64,000 bases of DNA from Nitrospinales bacterium (GTDB taxonomy: Bacteria > Nitrospinota > Nitrospinia > Nitrospinales > VA-1), in contig OZ253496.1 of NCBI GenBank assembly GCA_965262115.1, positions 2,560,001 through 2,624,000 on the forward strand. The letters run 5' to 3'. The notes under the pieces are model-generated. The model made no database searches and had not been told where the DNA came from. It saw nothing but the letters and a program-made list of their open reading frames with translations. Position numbers and translations under genes: made by a program. Below are positions 10,961-21,180 of this stretch, piece by piece; position 1 is the first letter of the stretch, and the number at the start of each line of letters is the position of its first letter.

Positions 10961-12271
10961 ATGGAAGTCAAAGAATTCGCCTTACGATATTTTAAGGATG
11001 TGCTGGCCAACGGCTTGATGGTGGTGACGGTGGAGATGCCGCATATTCACACCATGGAAGTGTCGATGTTTGTCCGGGCCGGTTTACGATTTGAAAATGA
11101 AAAGAATAATGGAATCTCCCATTTTCTGGAACATATGATGTTCCGGGGAAACCGGAAATACCACAACTCGATCTCCCTGAATATGGAATTCGAAAATATT
11201 GGTCGGGACCTTCGTGCCTCCACCCTTGGGGAATACACGCAATACGGGTTCAGTCCGCATACCTCGCAGTTAGATAAGGGAATGGAAATTTTCTCGGAGT
11301 TTTTTTATTCCCCGACGTTTCCGGAGATTGAACTGGAACGCGGAATCATTATCGAGGAATACTATGAAGAACTCAACGAAGAGGGCGTGAATGTAGACAT
11401 TAACAACCAGGCGTGCAAACTGCTTTATCCTGAAACACCAATATCATGGCCCACCATTGGGACGGAAGAGACTATTAAAGCGATTACGGTGGAAATGTTG
11501 AAGGACTATTACAACGCCCATTATGTTCCTGGAAACATGATTCTGGCAATTTCGGGACCGGTTGAGCACGACCTTAATCTTTCGCTGGCAGAAAAATATT
11601 TTTCCAATTTATCTAACGGTGTGGCGCCGATTTCAAAAAATCATTTTATCGGAAGTATCCCCGACGAGCAGGCCCGGCCCCAGTTTCTTTTTCAGCAGGA
11701 TTCTGACAGCCAGATCGAACTGCAAATATGTTTTCGTTCCTGTTCTTACAATCATGAAGATTTTCTGACAATGGGATTAATCAGCCGAATCTTTGACGAT
11801 GGCTTTACCTCCCGATTGCAGAGAGTGCTCAGAGAAGAACGAGGCCTGGTTTATTCAGTCGAATGCCGTGCAACGAGTATGTCGGACATTGGCACGATGG
11901 ACTTTGATGTAACGGTGCGGCCGGAGAAACTCATTGAAGTGACCCAAGTCCTGCTTGAGGAAATTAAAACTTTTGCCAGCCAGGGGCCCACTGATTATGA
12001 AGTGGCGCATGTAAAAAAACGTTATATGTTTGACCTGGATTCGGAATTGGATGATCCTTACAAGCAGGTGGTGCGCTATGCTTTCCCACACCTTTACTCG
12101 GAAGAACTCTCCGTGGAAGAAGAACGAAACCAGATTCAGATGATCTCGAAAGAAAAAATCATTGATGTTGCCCGAAAGACTTTTGTCCCGGAAGTGCTGA
12201 ACCTGATTCTGGTCGGTCCTTATACCCACGAATTAAAAGACGACCTCGAAAAACTGATCCAGAACTATTAA
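10961..12271 (+). CDS. M16 family zinc peptidase
   Basis: HFLEH inverzincin motif; SRLQRVLREERGLVY. Confidence 0.9.
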   Translation: MEVKEFALRYFKDVLANGLMVVTVEMPHIHTMEVSMFVRAGLRFENEKNNGISHFLEHMMFRGNRKYHNSISLNMEFENIGRDLRASTLGEYTQYGFSPHTSQLDKGMEIFSEFFYSPTFPEIELERGIIIEEYYEELNEEGVNVDINNQACKLLYPETPISWPTIGTEETIKAITVEMLKDYYNAHYVPGNMILAISGPVEHDLNLSLAEKYFSNLSNGVAPISKNHFIGSIPDEQARPQFLFQQDSDSQIELQICFRSCSYNHEDFLTMGLISRIFDDGFTSRLQRVLREERGLVYSVECRATSMSDIGTMDFDVTVRPEKLIEVTQVLLEEIKTFASQGPTDYEVAHVKKRYMFDLDSELDDPYKQVVRYAFPHLYSEELSVEEERNQIQMISKEKIIDVARKTFVPEVLNLILVGPYTHELKDDLEKLIQNY

Positions 12272-12275
12272 TTTC

Positions 12276-13055
12276 ATGATTCAAAAAAAAATGAAGCCAT
12301 TCGGCTTGTGGACTGTGCTATTGGCGCTGTTTCTCTCTGCCTGTGGCGCAAATATTGAGGATTGTTTGCAGGATGGAAGTTGTGGTCCCGCCATACAGGT
12401 GGCCAGCCATGACGGGAGCTTGCCGGTGGATCCTTATGATTCTTTTTGGGATGCAGGGCCTGTTGCGGTCGAGGTTGAACTCGGGCCGCAAATGATCACC
12501 AATCCGAAATGGCCAAATCCTTCGACGAAGGAGGTTACCGTGCGTGCTGTTAAAAATTCCAGCGGCATAGCTATCATGCTGGAGTGGAGTGATCCAACTC
12601 GTGATAGCAACTTTGACCACTCTGCGTTATATGTTGATCGGGCGGCGGTGATGTTTCCGATCGTTGCCGAGAAGGAGGCCCCGCTGATCACCATGGGCGA
12701 ATCGGGAAAGCCTGTCAACATCTGGCAATGGAAGGCAGTGGGTGGAGAGAGAGGGCAACCGGGAGTGAGGGACAATCCTGATTCCGGGCTCACTTACCAG
12801 ACCATTGAGGATTTAAACGCGGAGGGATACAGCACCCTGACCGATCAGAACCAGCAGGATGTAAAAGGCTTCGCGGTGTGGAAAAGTAATAAATGGCGTC
12901 TTGTTTTCCATCGATCGTTAACCAATGACAACGCCAATGATGTTCAGTTTAGGCAGTCGGTCTTAATGGCCATCGCGGTTTGGAACGGTTCTAATAAAGA
13001 ATTGAATGGGCAAAAGGGAATTGCCGGCTGGTTGCTTTTGAGGATGTCATCCTGA
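12276..13055 (+). CDS. EbdC-like heme b-binding lipoprotein (DMSO-reductase type II gamma / NxrC-like)
   Basis: Lipobox LSAC; DRAAVMFP, PLITMG, VNIWQWKA, AVWNG...GQK. Confidence 0.8.
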   Translation: MIQKKMKPFGLWTVLLALFLSACGANIEDCLQDGSCGPAIQVASHDGSLPVDPYDSFWDAGPVAVEVELGPQMITNPKWPNPSTKEVTVRAVKNSSGIAIMLEWSDPTRDSNFDHSALYVDRAAVMFPIVAEKEAPLITMGESGKPVNIWQWKAVGGERGQPGVRDNPDSGLTYQTIEDLNAEGYSTLTDQNQQDVKGFAVWKSNKWRLVFHRSLTNDNANDVQFRQSVLMAIAVWNGSNKELNGQKGIAGWLLLRMSS

Positions 13056-13157
13056 GTTTGTTATGTTCTTCCTAAATATTCATGGCCCGAAGGGACACAT
13101 TGAAGGATCTGGTTTTTCTCGTCTTTGCGAGGCGGCGAAGCCAACGAAGCAATCCAG
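13046..13157. repeat. REP-like palindromes upstream of GIY-YIG gene (one carrying a nested 39-bp module)
   Basis: GTCATCCTGAG..GAAGGATCT (13046-13110) and GTCTTTGCGAGG..CGAAGCAATCC (13121-13157). Confidence 0.75.
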
Positions 13158-13199
13158 TTGTTAAGTTTACCGTTGCAACGAGCCTGACCTGCAACCGAG

Positions 13200-13538
13200 A
13201 TGAAAAGAAAACGACCTGCAGTTTATATTATGACCAATAAACCCAACGGAACCCTCTATACTGGCGTGACGAGTGATCTGGTAAAGCGCGTTTATGACCA
13301 TAAAAATGGGGCTGTTCCGGGTTTTACTAAAACCTGTGGTTGTAAGCGGCTGGTCTACTTTGAACTCTGTGATAGCATGGGTAATGCTATTTCCCGAGAG
13401 AAACAGATAAAGTCCGGTTCCAGAGATAGGAAAATAGCGTTAATTGAAAACATGAATCCGAAGTGGCAGGATCTTTATAGCGAATTCTATGATTGTCGTT
13501 GCGAGGAGCCAATGGCGACGAAGCAATCCAGGTTGTGA
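13200..13538 (+). CDS. small GIY-YIG nuclease (YhbQ/UPF0213-like)
   Basis: VYIMTN..GTLYTGVTSDLVKRVYDH, AISREKQIK, NPKWQDL; C-terminal tail encoded by a repeat. Confidence 0.9.
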   Translation: MKRKRPAVYIMTNKPNGTLYTGVTSDLVKRVYDHKNGAVPGFTKTCGCKRLVYFELCDSMGNAISREKQIKSGSRDRKIALIENMNPKWQDLYSEFYDCRCEEPMATKQSRL

Positions 13539-13702
13539 GGTTTTGTATAGAGAATCCTCCGATGACGAAGTCGTGATAATTCCTCATTAGCCTTTGTGCC
13601 CTGTAAGAGCAAACCCATAGAACCTGGATCGCCACGCTCGGTTCCCTCGCTCGCGATGACGATTCTGTGGGTTTGGCTGTCACCCTGAGCCAAGTCGAAG
13701 GG
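13495..13702. repeat. REP-like palindromes downstream of GIY-YIG gene
   Basis: Copies at 13495-13531 (+), 13624-13660 (inverted), 13679-13702. Confidence 0.75.
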
Positions 13703-13845
13703 CTTCGGGTTGCTTCCTCAACCAAATCCCCACCCTCACACAGTATCCCTTGTGATATAGTTCTGATCGGAGAATTTGTTGAGGCATTTAAATAGGTTTT
13801 CTAACTTGTAGTCAAGGAGAGATTTGATCCCTTGACTAAAGGATT

Positions 13846-14566
13846 ATGAAAAAACATTACATAATTGATGAGATTAAGCGGACTGCTAGAGAGAACGGAG
13901 GCAAGCCACTCGGTAAAATGAAATTTGCCAAGATAACAGGGATACAAAATCATAATTGGCTTGGAAAATATTGGGCAAGGTGGGGGGATGCTGTTAAAGA
14001 AGCGGGATATGAACCTAATAAGCTCCAGGGTTTATTATCTGATGATTTTCTAATTGAAAAAATTATTCCTTTTATAAAAGAACTTGGTAAATTCCCTGTA
14101 GCCGAGGAATTAAGAATGAGAGCAAGACACGTTAAGGATTTTCCAAGTCAAAGTGTTTTTTGTCGGGTTGGAAAGAAGCCAATGTTGGCCAAAAAGATAA
14201 TTGAATATTGTGAAAAGAAAGGTGAATTAGAGGAAGTAATAAATATATGCAGACCAATTTTAGTTGTAGATGAACTTGAATCAGATATTCCGGGCAAGTC
14301 TGAACCCGCTGACGGGTTTGTGTACCTCATCAAATCAGGGAGGTACTACAAAATTGGAAAAACTTATGATGTCGGAAGAAGAAAATATGACATAAAACTT
14401 CAGCTTCCAGAAGAAATCAAAGAGGTACAATGTAATACGCACCGATGACCCTAATGGGATAGAAGCATATTGGCATAACCGGTTTAAGGAGAATAGAAAG
14501 AAAGGTGAATGGTTTGTCCTTACCTCTGATGATGTCAAAGTTTTTAAAAAAAGAAAATTTATGTAG
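13846..14566 (+). pseudogene. GIY-YIG/MUG113 (T5orf172-like) nuclease with N-terminal repeats, frameshifted at ~14430
   Basis: GFVYLIKSGRYYKIGKT; continues in shifted frame [23 protein letters not shown]. Confidence 0.75.
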
Positions 14567-14690
14567 TATTTATTCTTAATGGATGTCATATAGAGTGGTT
14601 TAGTTGCATGGTTCAACCCTCGCCTCCAAATACATTTTCTCGTGCAAATTGCGGGTTAACTGTTTGCTCATGCACAGGTGGGTTAGTGCG

Positions 14691-15638
14691 TTAGTGGTTA
14701 GCCACTTCTGCGCCGGATTGTTTTTCCAGGTTGGCGTGAAATTTTTTCCAGGGGGCTTGCAAGGCGGGAACAAGCTTTTCCTTCAATTCATCCGGGACGT
14801 AGTTGATTTTATCCGCCGGCCAGTCTTCCACATTCCGCACATCCAGGTTTTCTTTTCCGTAAGGGATTTGCAGGGCCTCTTCGAATCCATAAACCAAAGC
14901 GCTTGAATAAACCTTGTGATATTGCTCTTCAATTTCTTCTTCTGAATGCATTCCCTTAACAAGCTGTTCAAACAGCTCCTTGATGATGGGCGCGGCGTGT
15001 TCAATGAAATCTGGGGTCAAGGCGGAGTGCAGTGTGAAGTAGGTGATGAGCACATCCTGCAGCAGAAACTTTAGCTCCGAACTTTCTTTTTTGGGTGGGC
15101 GGGTGTTGATATTCAAAAGTTCCTTGAGGACTTTAATATTGCGGATCATGTCGTAGATGATCGACTCTTCCCAGGTTGCCTCATTCCACACGAAAAAGGC
15201 CCGCACGAAATTGGCTTTTTTCCTGGTGTCCCACATTTGCAGGGCAGTGGTGGGCCGCTCCTTGTTAGAGTAGGGGATGGCCTCTCCCCAACGCGGGTCC
15301 ACCAGGTTCAATCCATAGCGTTTAAAAGTAGTGCAAAATGTTTGCTGATAGATTTCCATCAAGCATTCAAAGTTTTCCACGCTGTTCAGAGGGCTGTTCT
15401 GCGGCAGGTTGACGATGGAATACAGGCGCACGACATTTGTTCTGGCTTGCCCGTCGTCCTGGGCAACCATATAGGAACCGCCCCACATGCCAGCTGTAAT
15501 GGGAACACTGATTTTATGCTGTTGCTTCATTTGTTGGGAAACAGAATCTCCAATGACCTTTAAAAGATTATGAAAATAATAAAGGTTTATTCGATTGTCT
15601 TTGGGATAAAGGTGCCCCGGAAGGATTTTATATTGCAT
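14691..15638 (-). CDS. hypothetical protein
   Basis: 315-aa ORF with genome-typical codon usage; no motif recognised. Confidence 0.8.
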   Translation of the reverse strand: MQYKILPGHLYPKDNRINLYYFHNLLKVIGDSVSQQMKQQHKISVPITAGMWGGSYMVAQDDGQARTNVVRLYSIVNLPQNSPLNSVENFECLMEIYQQTFCTTFKRYGLNLVDPRWGEAIPYSNKERPTTALQMWDTRKKANFVRAFFVWNEATWEESIIYDMIRNIKVLKELLNINTRPPKKESSELKFLLQDVLITYFTLHSALTPDFIEHAAPIIKELFEQLVKGMHSEEEIEEQYHKVYSSALVYGFEEALQIPYGKENLDVRNVEDWPADKINYVPDELKEKLVPALQAPWKKFHANLEKQSGAEVANH

Positions 15639-15904
15639 AACCTATAAATGATCAGGATTGAATCAAAAGAAAAAGCCAAATCTCGCCCTCCTATGAAGGG
15701 AGGCGGGATTGGGTAGCAAGCAAGGGCTCATCAAGCTGCCGATACCTGTTGCTAAACAGAGAAAGCCATTGCACGCTGGTTCCACGCCGAGTGGTCACTA
15801 ACCGTGATGGCAATAAGCATTAATTCATTAACCGTGAGCACAGTTGCCATGCTTTCGGCGGTCGCGTGAGCGTCACCGCCGCATTACCTGCGGCCGTTCG
15901 GCCG

Positions 15905-17587
15905 CTAGTCGGTGACTGCACCTTTGCTGGCAGAGCCGACAAGTTTTGCGTATTTAGCCAATACACCCGATTGATATTTTATCTCTGGCGCGACGAACTC
16001 TTTTCTTCTTTGTTCAAGCTCTTCGTCGGACAATTTTACGTTTAGCTGGTTGCGTTCGATATCGATGATAATGGTATCGTTGTCTTTGATGAGAGCCAGC
16101 GCTCCACCCAGTTGAGCCTCGGGTGCGATATGTCCAACAACGATTCCATAGGTTCCTCCGGAAAACCGGCCATCGGTGATGAGTGCGACTTTATCACCCA
16201 GGCCTTTACCTACAATAGCAGAGGTAGGTGCCAGCATTTCTCGCATGCCGGGTCCGCCTTGCGGGCCTTCAAAACGAATAACCACGATATCGCCTGCTTG
16301 AACACGGTTATCGAGAATGGCATCCAGGCATTCCTCTTCTGAATTGAAGACACGCGCCGGGCCGGTGAAGTTCTGGGCTTTAACACCCAAAATTTTTGCG
16401 ACCGACCCTTCCTGGCAGAGGTTGCCCCTGAGAATGACTAAATGGCCTTCTGTCGATTTTGGCCGATCCAGCGGCAGAATGACATCCTGATCTTTTCTGG
16501 GTTGGTCGGGGACATCCTTCAGGTTTTCAGCGATTGTTTTTCCGGTCACGGTCAGGCAGTCGCCATGCAGGAGCCCGGCGTTCAACATCATCTTCATCAC
16601 TTGCGGAATGCCACCGGCATGGTGCAGGTCGATGGCAACATATTTTCCTGACGGTTTCATATCGCAAAAGACGGGAACCTTTTTCCGAATTACTTCAAAA
16701 TCATCTATGGACAACTGAACTCCAGCGGAGTGGGCGATAGCCAGGAGATGTAAAACTGCATTGGTGGAGCCGCCGACAGCCATAACGATCGCGATGGCAT
16801 TTTCGAAGGCCTCCCGTGTCATGATGTCTTGAGGAAGGATATTTTTCTCGATCGTATTTAAAAGAGCTTTCGCACTTTGCCCGGTGCTGATTTCCTTATC
16901 CTTGTCTTCATTGGCCATGGTGGAACTGTGGGGCAGGCTCATGCCCATAGCTTCAAAGGCGGAAGACATTGTGTTAGCGGTAAACATCCCCCCGCAAGAG
17001 CCAAAACCCGGGCAGGCATTTTTTTCGATATCAGTGAGTTCATTCTGGTCAATGGTGCCGGCGCCAAACTGTCCCACCGCTTCAAATACACTGACAACGG
17101 TCAGATCGCTGCCATCGAGGTGACCGGGCTTGATAGTGCCGCCATAAACAAAGAGTCCGGGAATATTCAATCGTGCCATGGCAATCATCGCTCCCGGCAT
17201 GTTTTTATCGCAACCGCCTATGCAAAGGACTGCGTCCATGCTGGCGCCGCGGCAAACGGTCTCTATGGAGTCGGCAATCACCTCGCGGCTGACCAGAGAG
17301 CATTTCATTCCTTCTGTTCCCATGGAGATACCATCACTGACCGTGATGGTTCCGAACATCTGTGGCATGCCGCCACTTTTTCGGATTTGGGCCGAAGCGA
17401 TGTCGGCCAGTTTGCCTAGTCCTGCGTTACAAGGAGTGATTTTGCTCTGCCCATTGGCGATTCCAATGATGGGTTTGTCGAAATCTTCATCCGTGAACCC
17501 TAACGCTCTCAGCATGGCGCGGCTGGGGGCTCGCCGGTCCCCCTGTGTGATAGATCGGCTTTTTATGTTCAGAGGTTGGGGTGTCAT
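15905..17587 (-). CDS. ilvD: dihydroxy-acid dehydratase
   Basis: [28 protein letters not shown]. Confidence 0.97.
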   Translation of the reverse strand: MTPQPLNIKSRSITQGDRRAPSRAMLRALGFTDEDFDKPIIGIANGQSKITPCNAGLGKLADIASAQIRKSGGMPQMFGTITVSDGISMGTEGMKCSLVSREVIADSIETVCRGASMDAVLCIGGCDKNMPGAMIAMARLNIPGLFVYGGTIKPGHLDGSDLTVVSVFEAVGQFGAGTIDQNELTDIEKNACPGFGSCGGMFTANTMSSAFEAMGMSLPHSSTMANEDKDKEISTGQSAKALLNTIEKNILPQDIMTREAFENAIAIVMAVGGSTNAVLHLLAIAHSAGVQLSIDDFEVIRKKVPVFCDMKPSGKYVAIDLHHAGGIPQVMKMMLNAGLLHGDCLTVTGKTIAENLKDVPDQPRKDQDVILPLDRPKSTEGHLVILRGNLCQEGSVAKILGVKAQNFTGPARVFNSEEECLDAILDNRVQAGDIVVIRFEGPQGGPGMREMLAPTSAIVGKGLGDKVALITDGRFSGGTYGIVVGHIAPEAQLGGALALIKDNDTIIIDIERNQLNVKLSDEELEQRRKEFVAPEIKYQSGVLAKYAKLVGSASKGAVTD

Positions 17588-17659
17588 CTTTATTTCCTGA
17601 TGGTGTCTTTTATTAATAGAGCTTACTGCTCTGTTTTATTCAACGCTTATAGAGCGGGA

Positions 17660-19291
17660 CTATATTTCCGGCGCTGAAATGGCATTGACGGTGGGACGGC
17701 AAAAATAGCCGTCTTCATTTTGAGAATACGCTATGGCGTAGTATACAGGATTTGCAGCTACTTGTAAAATGGCTTGCGAACCGGATATCTCAATTTCATG
17801 ATCGAAGGGAATGACCGGTGTTTTTCGGTCTTTTTTCCAGGTTTTGCCTGGGGATTTTGGGGACAAAATTTCAGGCAGGCGAAACGACCTTTGGGCATAG
17901 AGATAGTCGAGCTTCAGGAGATCCTGCTCCATAGAAGTGGGAGCCTGATAAAATGTGTCCCGGAAAATGCGGTAATGCTCATCCAGAAAAACAGGGTTCA
18001 TCAATAGTCCGCGAGCATCATGATGTTCCAGCAAGCGGTTGAACAGGGTTACGGGGTCCATTTTTCCGAGTAGGTAGTGGATGGAAAAACGGAATCGCTT
18101 GGAATTGTAATAGCGGTCGAAAATATCTTCGAATTGTTTCAAATACAAAACTTCTTCGGCCGATAGATTTCGGTGCGAGATCAGTTCATAAGGGGGAGTG
18201 GATTGGTAACGGTAGTGTTCCTTCTCTATAAGGTTGTTGATGGGAGCACCGGGAAGAAATTTCAGAAAACCCAATTGTAATTCGTGGGGTCTCAGCGCCA
18301 TCACCCGGGAGAAAGATTGCCGGATATCTTCCAGGCTTTCTCCGGGCAGTCCGAATATCAGGTCGCAGTGAAAATGAATGCGGTCTTGATCCACCAACTG
18401 TTTAATGGTCTCAAAAAGTTTTTCGTTGTTCTGTTTTCTTTGAATGGTCTCCTGAACCGGCTCTGTGGTTGTTTGAATGCCGATTTCAAATTGAAACATT
18501 CCTGGGGGCACTGTTTTCAGAAAATCCAGAACTTCGGAAGTTAAAATATCTCCCACCACCTCAAAATGAAATTCGTTGCCTTTGAATTGAGTCAACCACT
18601 GCATCAGCTTTTTCATGCGTCCGGGTTTTAGGTTGAACGTACGGTCGACGAATTTAATTTTTTGAATGCCAGCGGTTACAAGTTCTTTAATCTGGCTCTG
18701 GATGATTTTTTCATCGAAGTAGCGCACCGTTTTGTCCAACGCCGATAAACAGAACGAACAAAGGTAAGGGCATCCTCTGGATGTTTCAAAATACACGATT
18801 CGGTTTTTCAGGTGCGGGAAATCTTCTTTCAGGTAAGCGGGGATGAGTTCTGGCAGATCGGTGCCATAGGTCCGCCAGCGTGTAAGTACCTTCTCGGAGG
18901 GGGTCTTCTCTTGGCAGGTCAATTCCAGAAACTCCAGCCATTTTTTTTCTCCCTCGCCGGAAATTACCTGGAAGGGCAGGGAATTGTCTTTTTCAAACGA
19001 TACCTCCGGTCCTCCCAGGGCAATTTTAAGGTGGGGCATTTGTTTTTGCAGGCGCTCGATCAACTCCAGGCTCTGGCTCCGGTTCCAGATATAAATGCCA
19101 ACGCCCAATACCTCAGGCTTAAGTTTCTGAATCTCTGCGGCAATTTTCCAGACCGGCTGGTTGATGACAAACTCCCGGATCCATACATTCTGATAGCCTG
19201 CATTTCGGCTGGCGTTTCTCAGATATCTTAAACTCAGCGAAGAGTGAATGAATTTTGCGTTGAGCGTTATGAGTCCAATAGAACGTTTCAC
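17660..19291 (-). CDS. B12-binding radical SAM protein (DUF4080 type)
   Basis: SRGCPYLCSFC; N-terminal LNAKFIHSSL. Confidence 0.88.
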   Translation of the reverse strand: MKRSIGLITLNAKFIHSSLSLRYLRNASRNAGYQNVWIREFVINQPVWKIAAEIQKLKPEVLGVGIYIWNRSQSLELIERLQKQMPHLKIALGGPEVSFEKDNSLPFQVISGEGEKKWLEFLELTCQEKTPSEKVLTRWRTYGTDLPELIPAYLKEDFPHLKNRIVYFETSRGCPYLCSFCLSALDKTVRYFDEKIIQSQIKELVTAGIQKIKFVDRTFNLKPGRMKKLMQWLTQFKGNEFHFEVVGDILTSEVLDFLKTVPPGMFQFEIGIQTTTEPVQETIQRKQNNEKLFETIKQLVDQDRIHFHCDLIFGLPGESLEDIRQSFSRVMALRPHELQLGFLKFLPGAPINNLIEKEHYRYQSTPPYELISHRNLSAEEVLYLKQFEDIFDRYYNSKRFRFSIHYLLGKMDPVTLFNRLLEHHDARGLLMNPVFLDEHYRIFRDTFYQAPTSMEQDLLKLDYLYAQRSFRLPEILSPKSPGKTWKKDRKTPVIPFDHEIEISGSQAILQVAANPVYYAIAYSQNEDGYFCRPTVNAISAPEI

Positions 19292-19351
19292 ATCCGGCCC
19301 CTGTCCTGTGTTGAGAATATTACAACATCATACCACTCGGCCCTCTGGCGA

Positions 19352-19519
19352 GAGACCTTTGCATAAGTCAAAAAATCGAAGAATCGAGATGCTTCGAGAT
19401 ACCCCTGCGGGGCAAGAATTCAAAGGTCAAATATCACTAGCTCAGCATGACAATACTGGGCCATTTTGTCATTCTGAGGAGCTATTGCAACGAAGAATCT
19501 TGGGTTATGCAAAGCTCTC
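19352..19519. mobile_element. MITE copy 1 (GAGACCTTTGCATAA ends)
   Basis: TIRs GAGACCTTTGCATAA / TTATGCAAAGCTCTC, flanked by duplicated TCTGGCGA. Confidence 0.85.
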
Positions 19520-19689
19520 TCTGGCGAGGGAGGCAAATATCGATCATTTTATATCCCTCCGGGGCACGAAAGTTTAGGAAGAATATCACGTCAGGCTGGT
19601 AAAGAGTTTTCTCGGTTTAGGTGGTCGTGTGTTATGTCCCCTCGCTAGCCTTCATGCTCTGGTGGGGTATCAGCGTTACCGCCACATTG

Positions 19690-20517
19690 TCATCGGCCAC
19701 TGGCCGATTGGCAGGTTTTGCAGAAAAAAGTGGAGCGGCCTGAATGAATCAGGCGGGATATGGGGGTTTTGCATTTTGCACAAGGTTTGCCCTCTTTGCC
19801 GTAAACAGACAGTTTCACCGCATAATATCCTGCCGAACCGTTGGGGTCGAAGAAATTGCGTAAGGTGGTTCCTCCTGCGGAAATGCTGTCTTCCAGGGTG
19901 GAACTTATGCAGGAGATGAGCCGGTCCCATTCTGTGAGGGTGATTCTCCCGGCTTTCCGTTTAGGGTTAATGCCCGCCAGGTATAAGGATTCGCAGGCGT
20001 AAATGTTGCCGATTCCAGCGATGCGCCGCGCATCCATGATGAAGGTTTTGATGGGCGACCGGCAGTTTTTGGCGCGGTTTTTTAAGGCCGTGGCGTTGGT
20101 TTCCGGTGCGAAGGGATCCGGTCCCATTTTATCCAGTAAAGGGTGTTTTCCGTTTTCTGGAACCCAGAGTATGCAGCCAAAACGCCTCGGGTCGATAAAG
20201 TGCAGAAAGGTTTCGGGGCCGAACTGGAAAATAGCGTGCGTGTGTTTTTCCCGCGGGTTCATCGAGGTCTGCAGGGCAACACGTCCGCTCATACCCAGGT
20301 GCCAGAGCATCGCCCCTTTGGGAACTTTCAGGAGCAGGTATTTTCCGTTGCGTTGGATTTGGGATACTATCTGGTTCTCGAAATGTTTACGCAAAGTGGT
20401 CTGGGGAATGGGAAAGCGGATGTCTTTGCGGTAGAACTTTAGGGCGGTGCAGGTTTTGTTGACGATAAGAGGAAGAAGTACCCGTCTCAGGGTTTCGACT
20501 TCAGGAAGTTCGGGCAT
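19690..20517 (-). CDS. mutM: formamidopyrimidine-DNA glycosylase
   Basis: MPELPEVE start, HLGMSG, GIGNIY, C-terminal zinc finger. Confidence 0.97.
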   Translation of the reverse strand: MPELPEVETLRRVLLPLIVNKTCTALKFYRKDIRFPIPQTTLRKHFENQIVSQIQRNGKYLLLKVPKGAMLWHLGMSGRVALQTSMNPREKHTHAIFQFGPETFLHFIDPRRFGCILWVPENGKHPLLDKMGPDPFAPETNATALKNRAKNCRSPIKTFIMDARRIAGIGNIYACESLYLAGINPKRKAGRITLTEWDRLISCISSTLEDSISAGGTTLRNFFDPNGSAGYYAVKLSVYGKEGKPCAKCKTPISRLIHSGRSTFFCKTCQSASGR

Positions 20518-20561
20518 GGGTGTAAATGAGGGCCTTGCAAAAATAGCGCAGGGCAAACATA

Positions 20562-21176
20562 TTATTCCTCACCCTCAACATTTTCTTCTTTTGGAGTTGG
20601 CGTCTCTTTACCGGGTTTTTTGGCGGTCACTACTTTTGCAGAACGAAGAATCCGCCCATTCAAAATATAGCCTTTGGAATATTCCTGCATGACGGTGTTT
20701 TCGTCATGCTCTGCAGATTCCATCTGGGTCATGACCTCATGCAGGCTTGGGTCAAAAGGTTTTCCCATAGCTTCAATCGGTTCCACCTTCTGGTTTTTGA
20801 GAAACGTGGTGAATTGTTTCTGAATCATTTCCACGCCGTCCTTTAAAGTCTGCAGGGAGGCATTGGGGGCGTTCAAGGCTCTCTCCAGATTGTCGTCAAT
20901 TTGCACCAACTCTTTCAGGAGTCGCTCGTTGGCAAACTGAACGGCATCTGCCTTTTCCTTGACCAATCGTTTGCGGAAATTTTCAAGATCGGCTTTTTCC
21001 CTCAGGAAATCATTTTTTTGTTCGGCAAGTTCCAGATCTTTTTTCTTTAATTGTTCCTGCAGCTCTTCGATAGGGTCTTTGGCCTCTTCGGTAGGAGCGT
21101 CTTCCTCAGGATCGAGGACTTCTGGATCCAGAACTTCCGGATTTTCTTCTTGTGTTGATTTTTCTTTAGATGTCAC
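20562..21176 (-). CDS. grpE: nucleotide exchange factor GrpE
   Basis: ADLENFRKR, FDPSLHE, KGYILNGRILR. Confidence 0.96.
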   Translation of the reverse strand: MTSKEKSTQEENPEVLDPEVLDPEEDAPTEEAKDPIEELQEQLKKKDLELAEQKNDFLREKADLENFRKRLVKEKADAVQFANERLLKELVQIDDNLERALNAPNASLQTLKDGVEMIQKQFTTFLKNQKVEPIEAMGKPFDPSLHEVMTQMESAEHDENTVMQEYSKGYILNGRILRSAKVVTAKKPGKETPTPKEENVEGEE

Positions 21177-21180
21177 CTTT

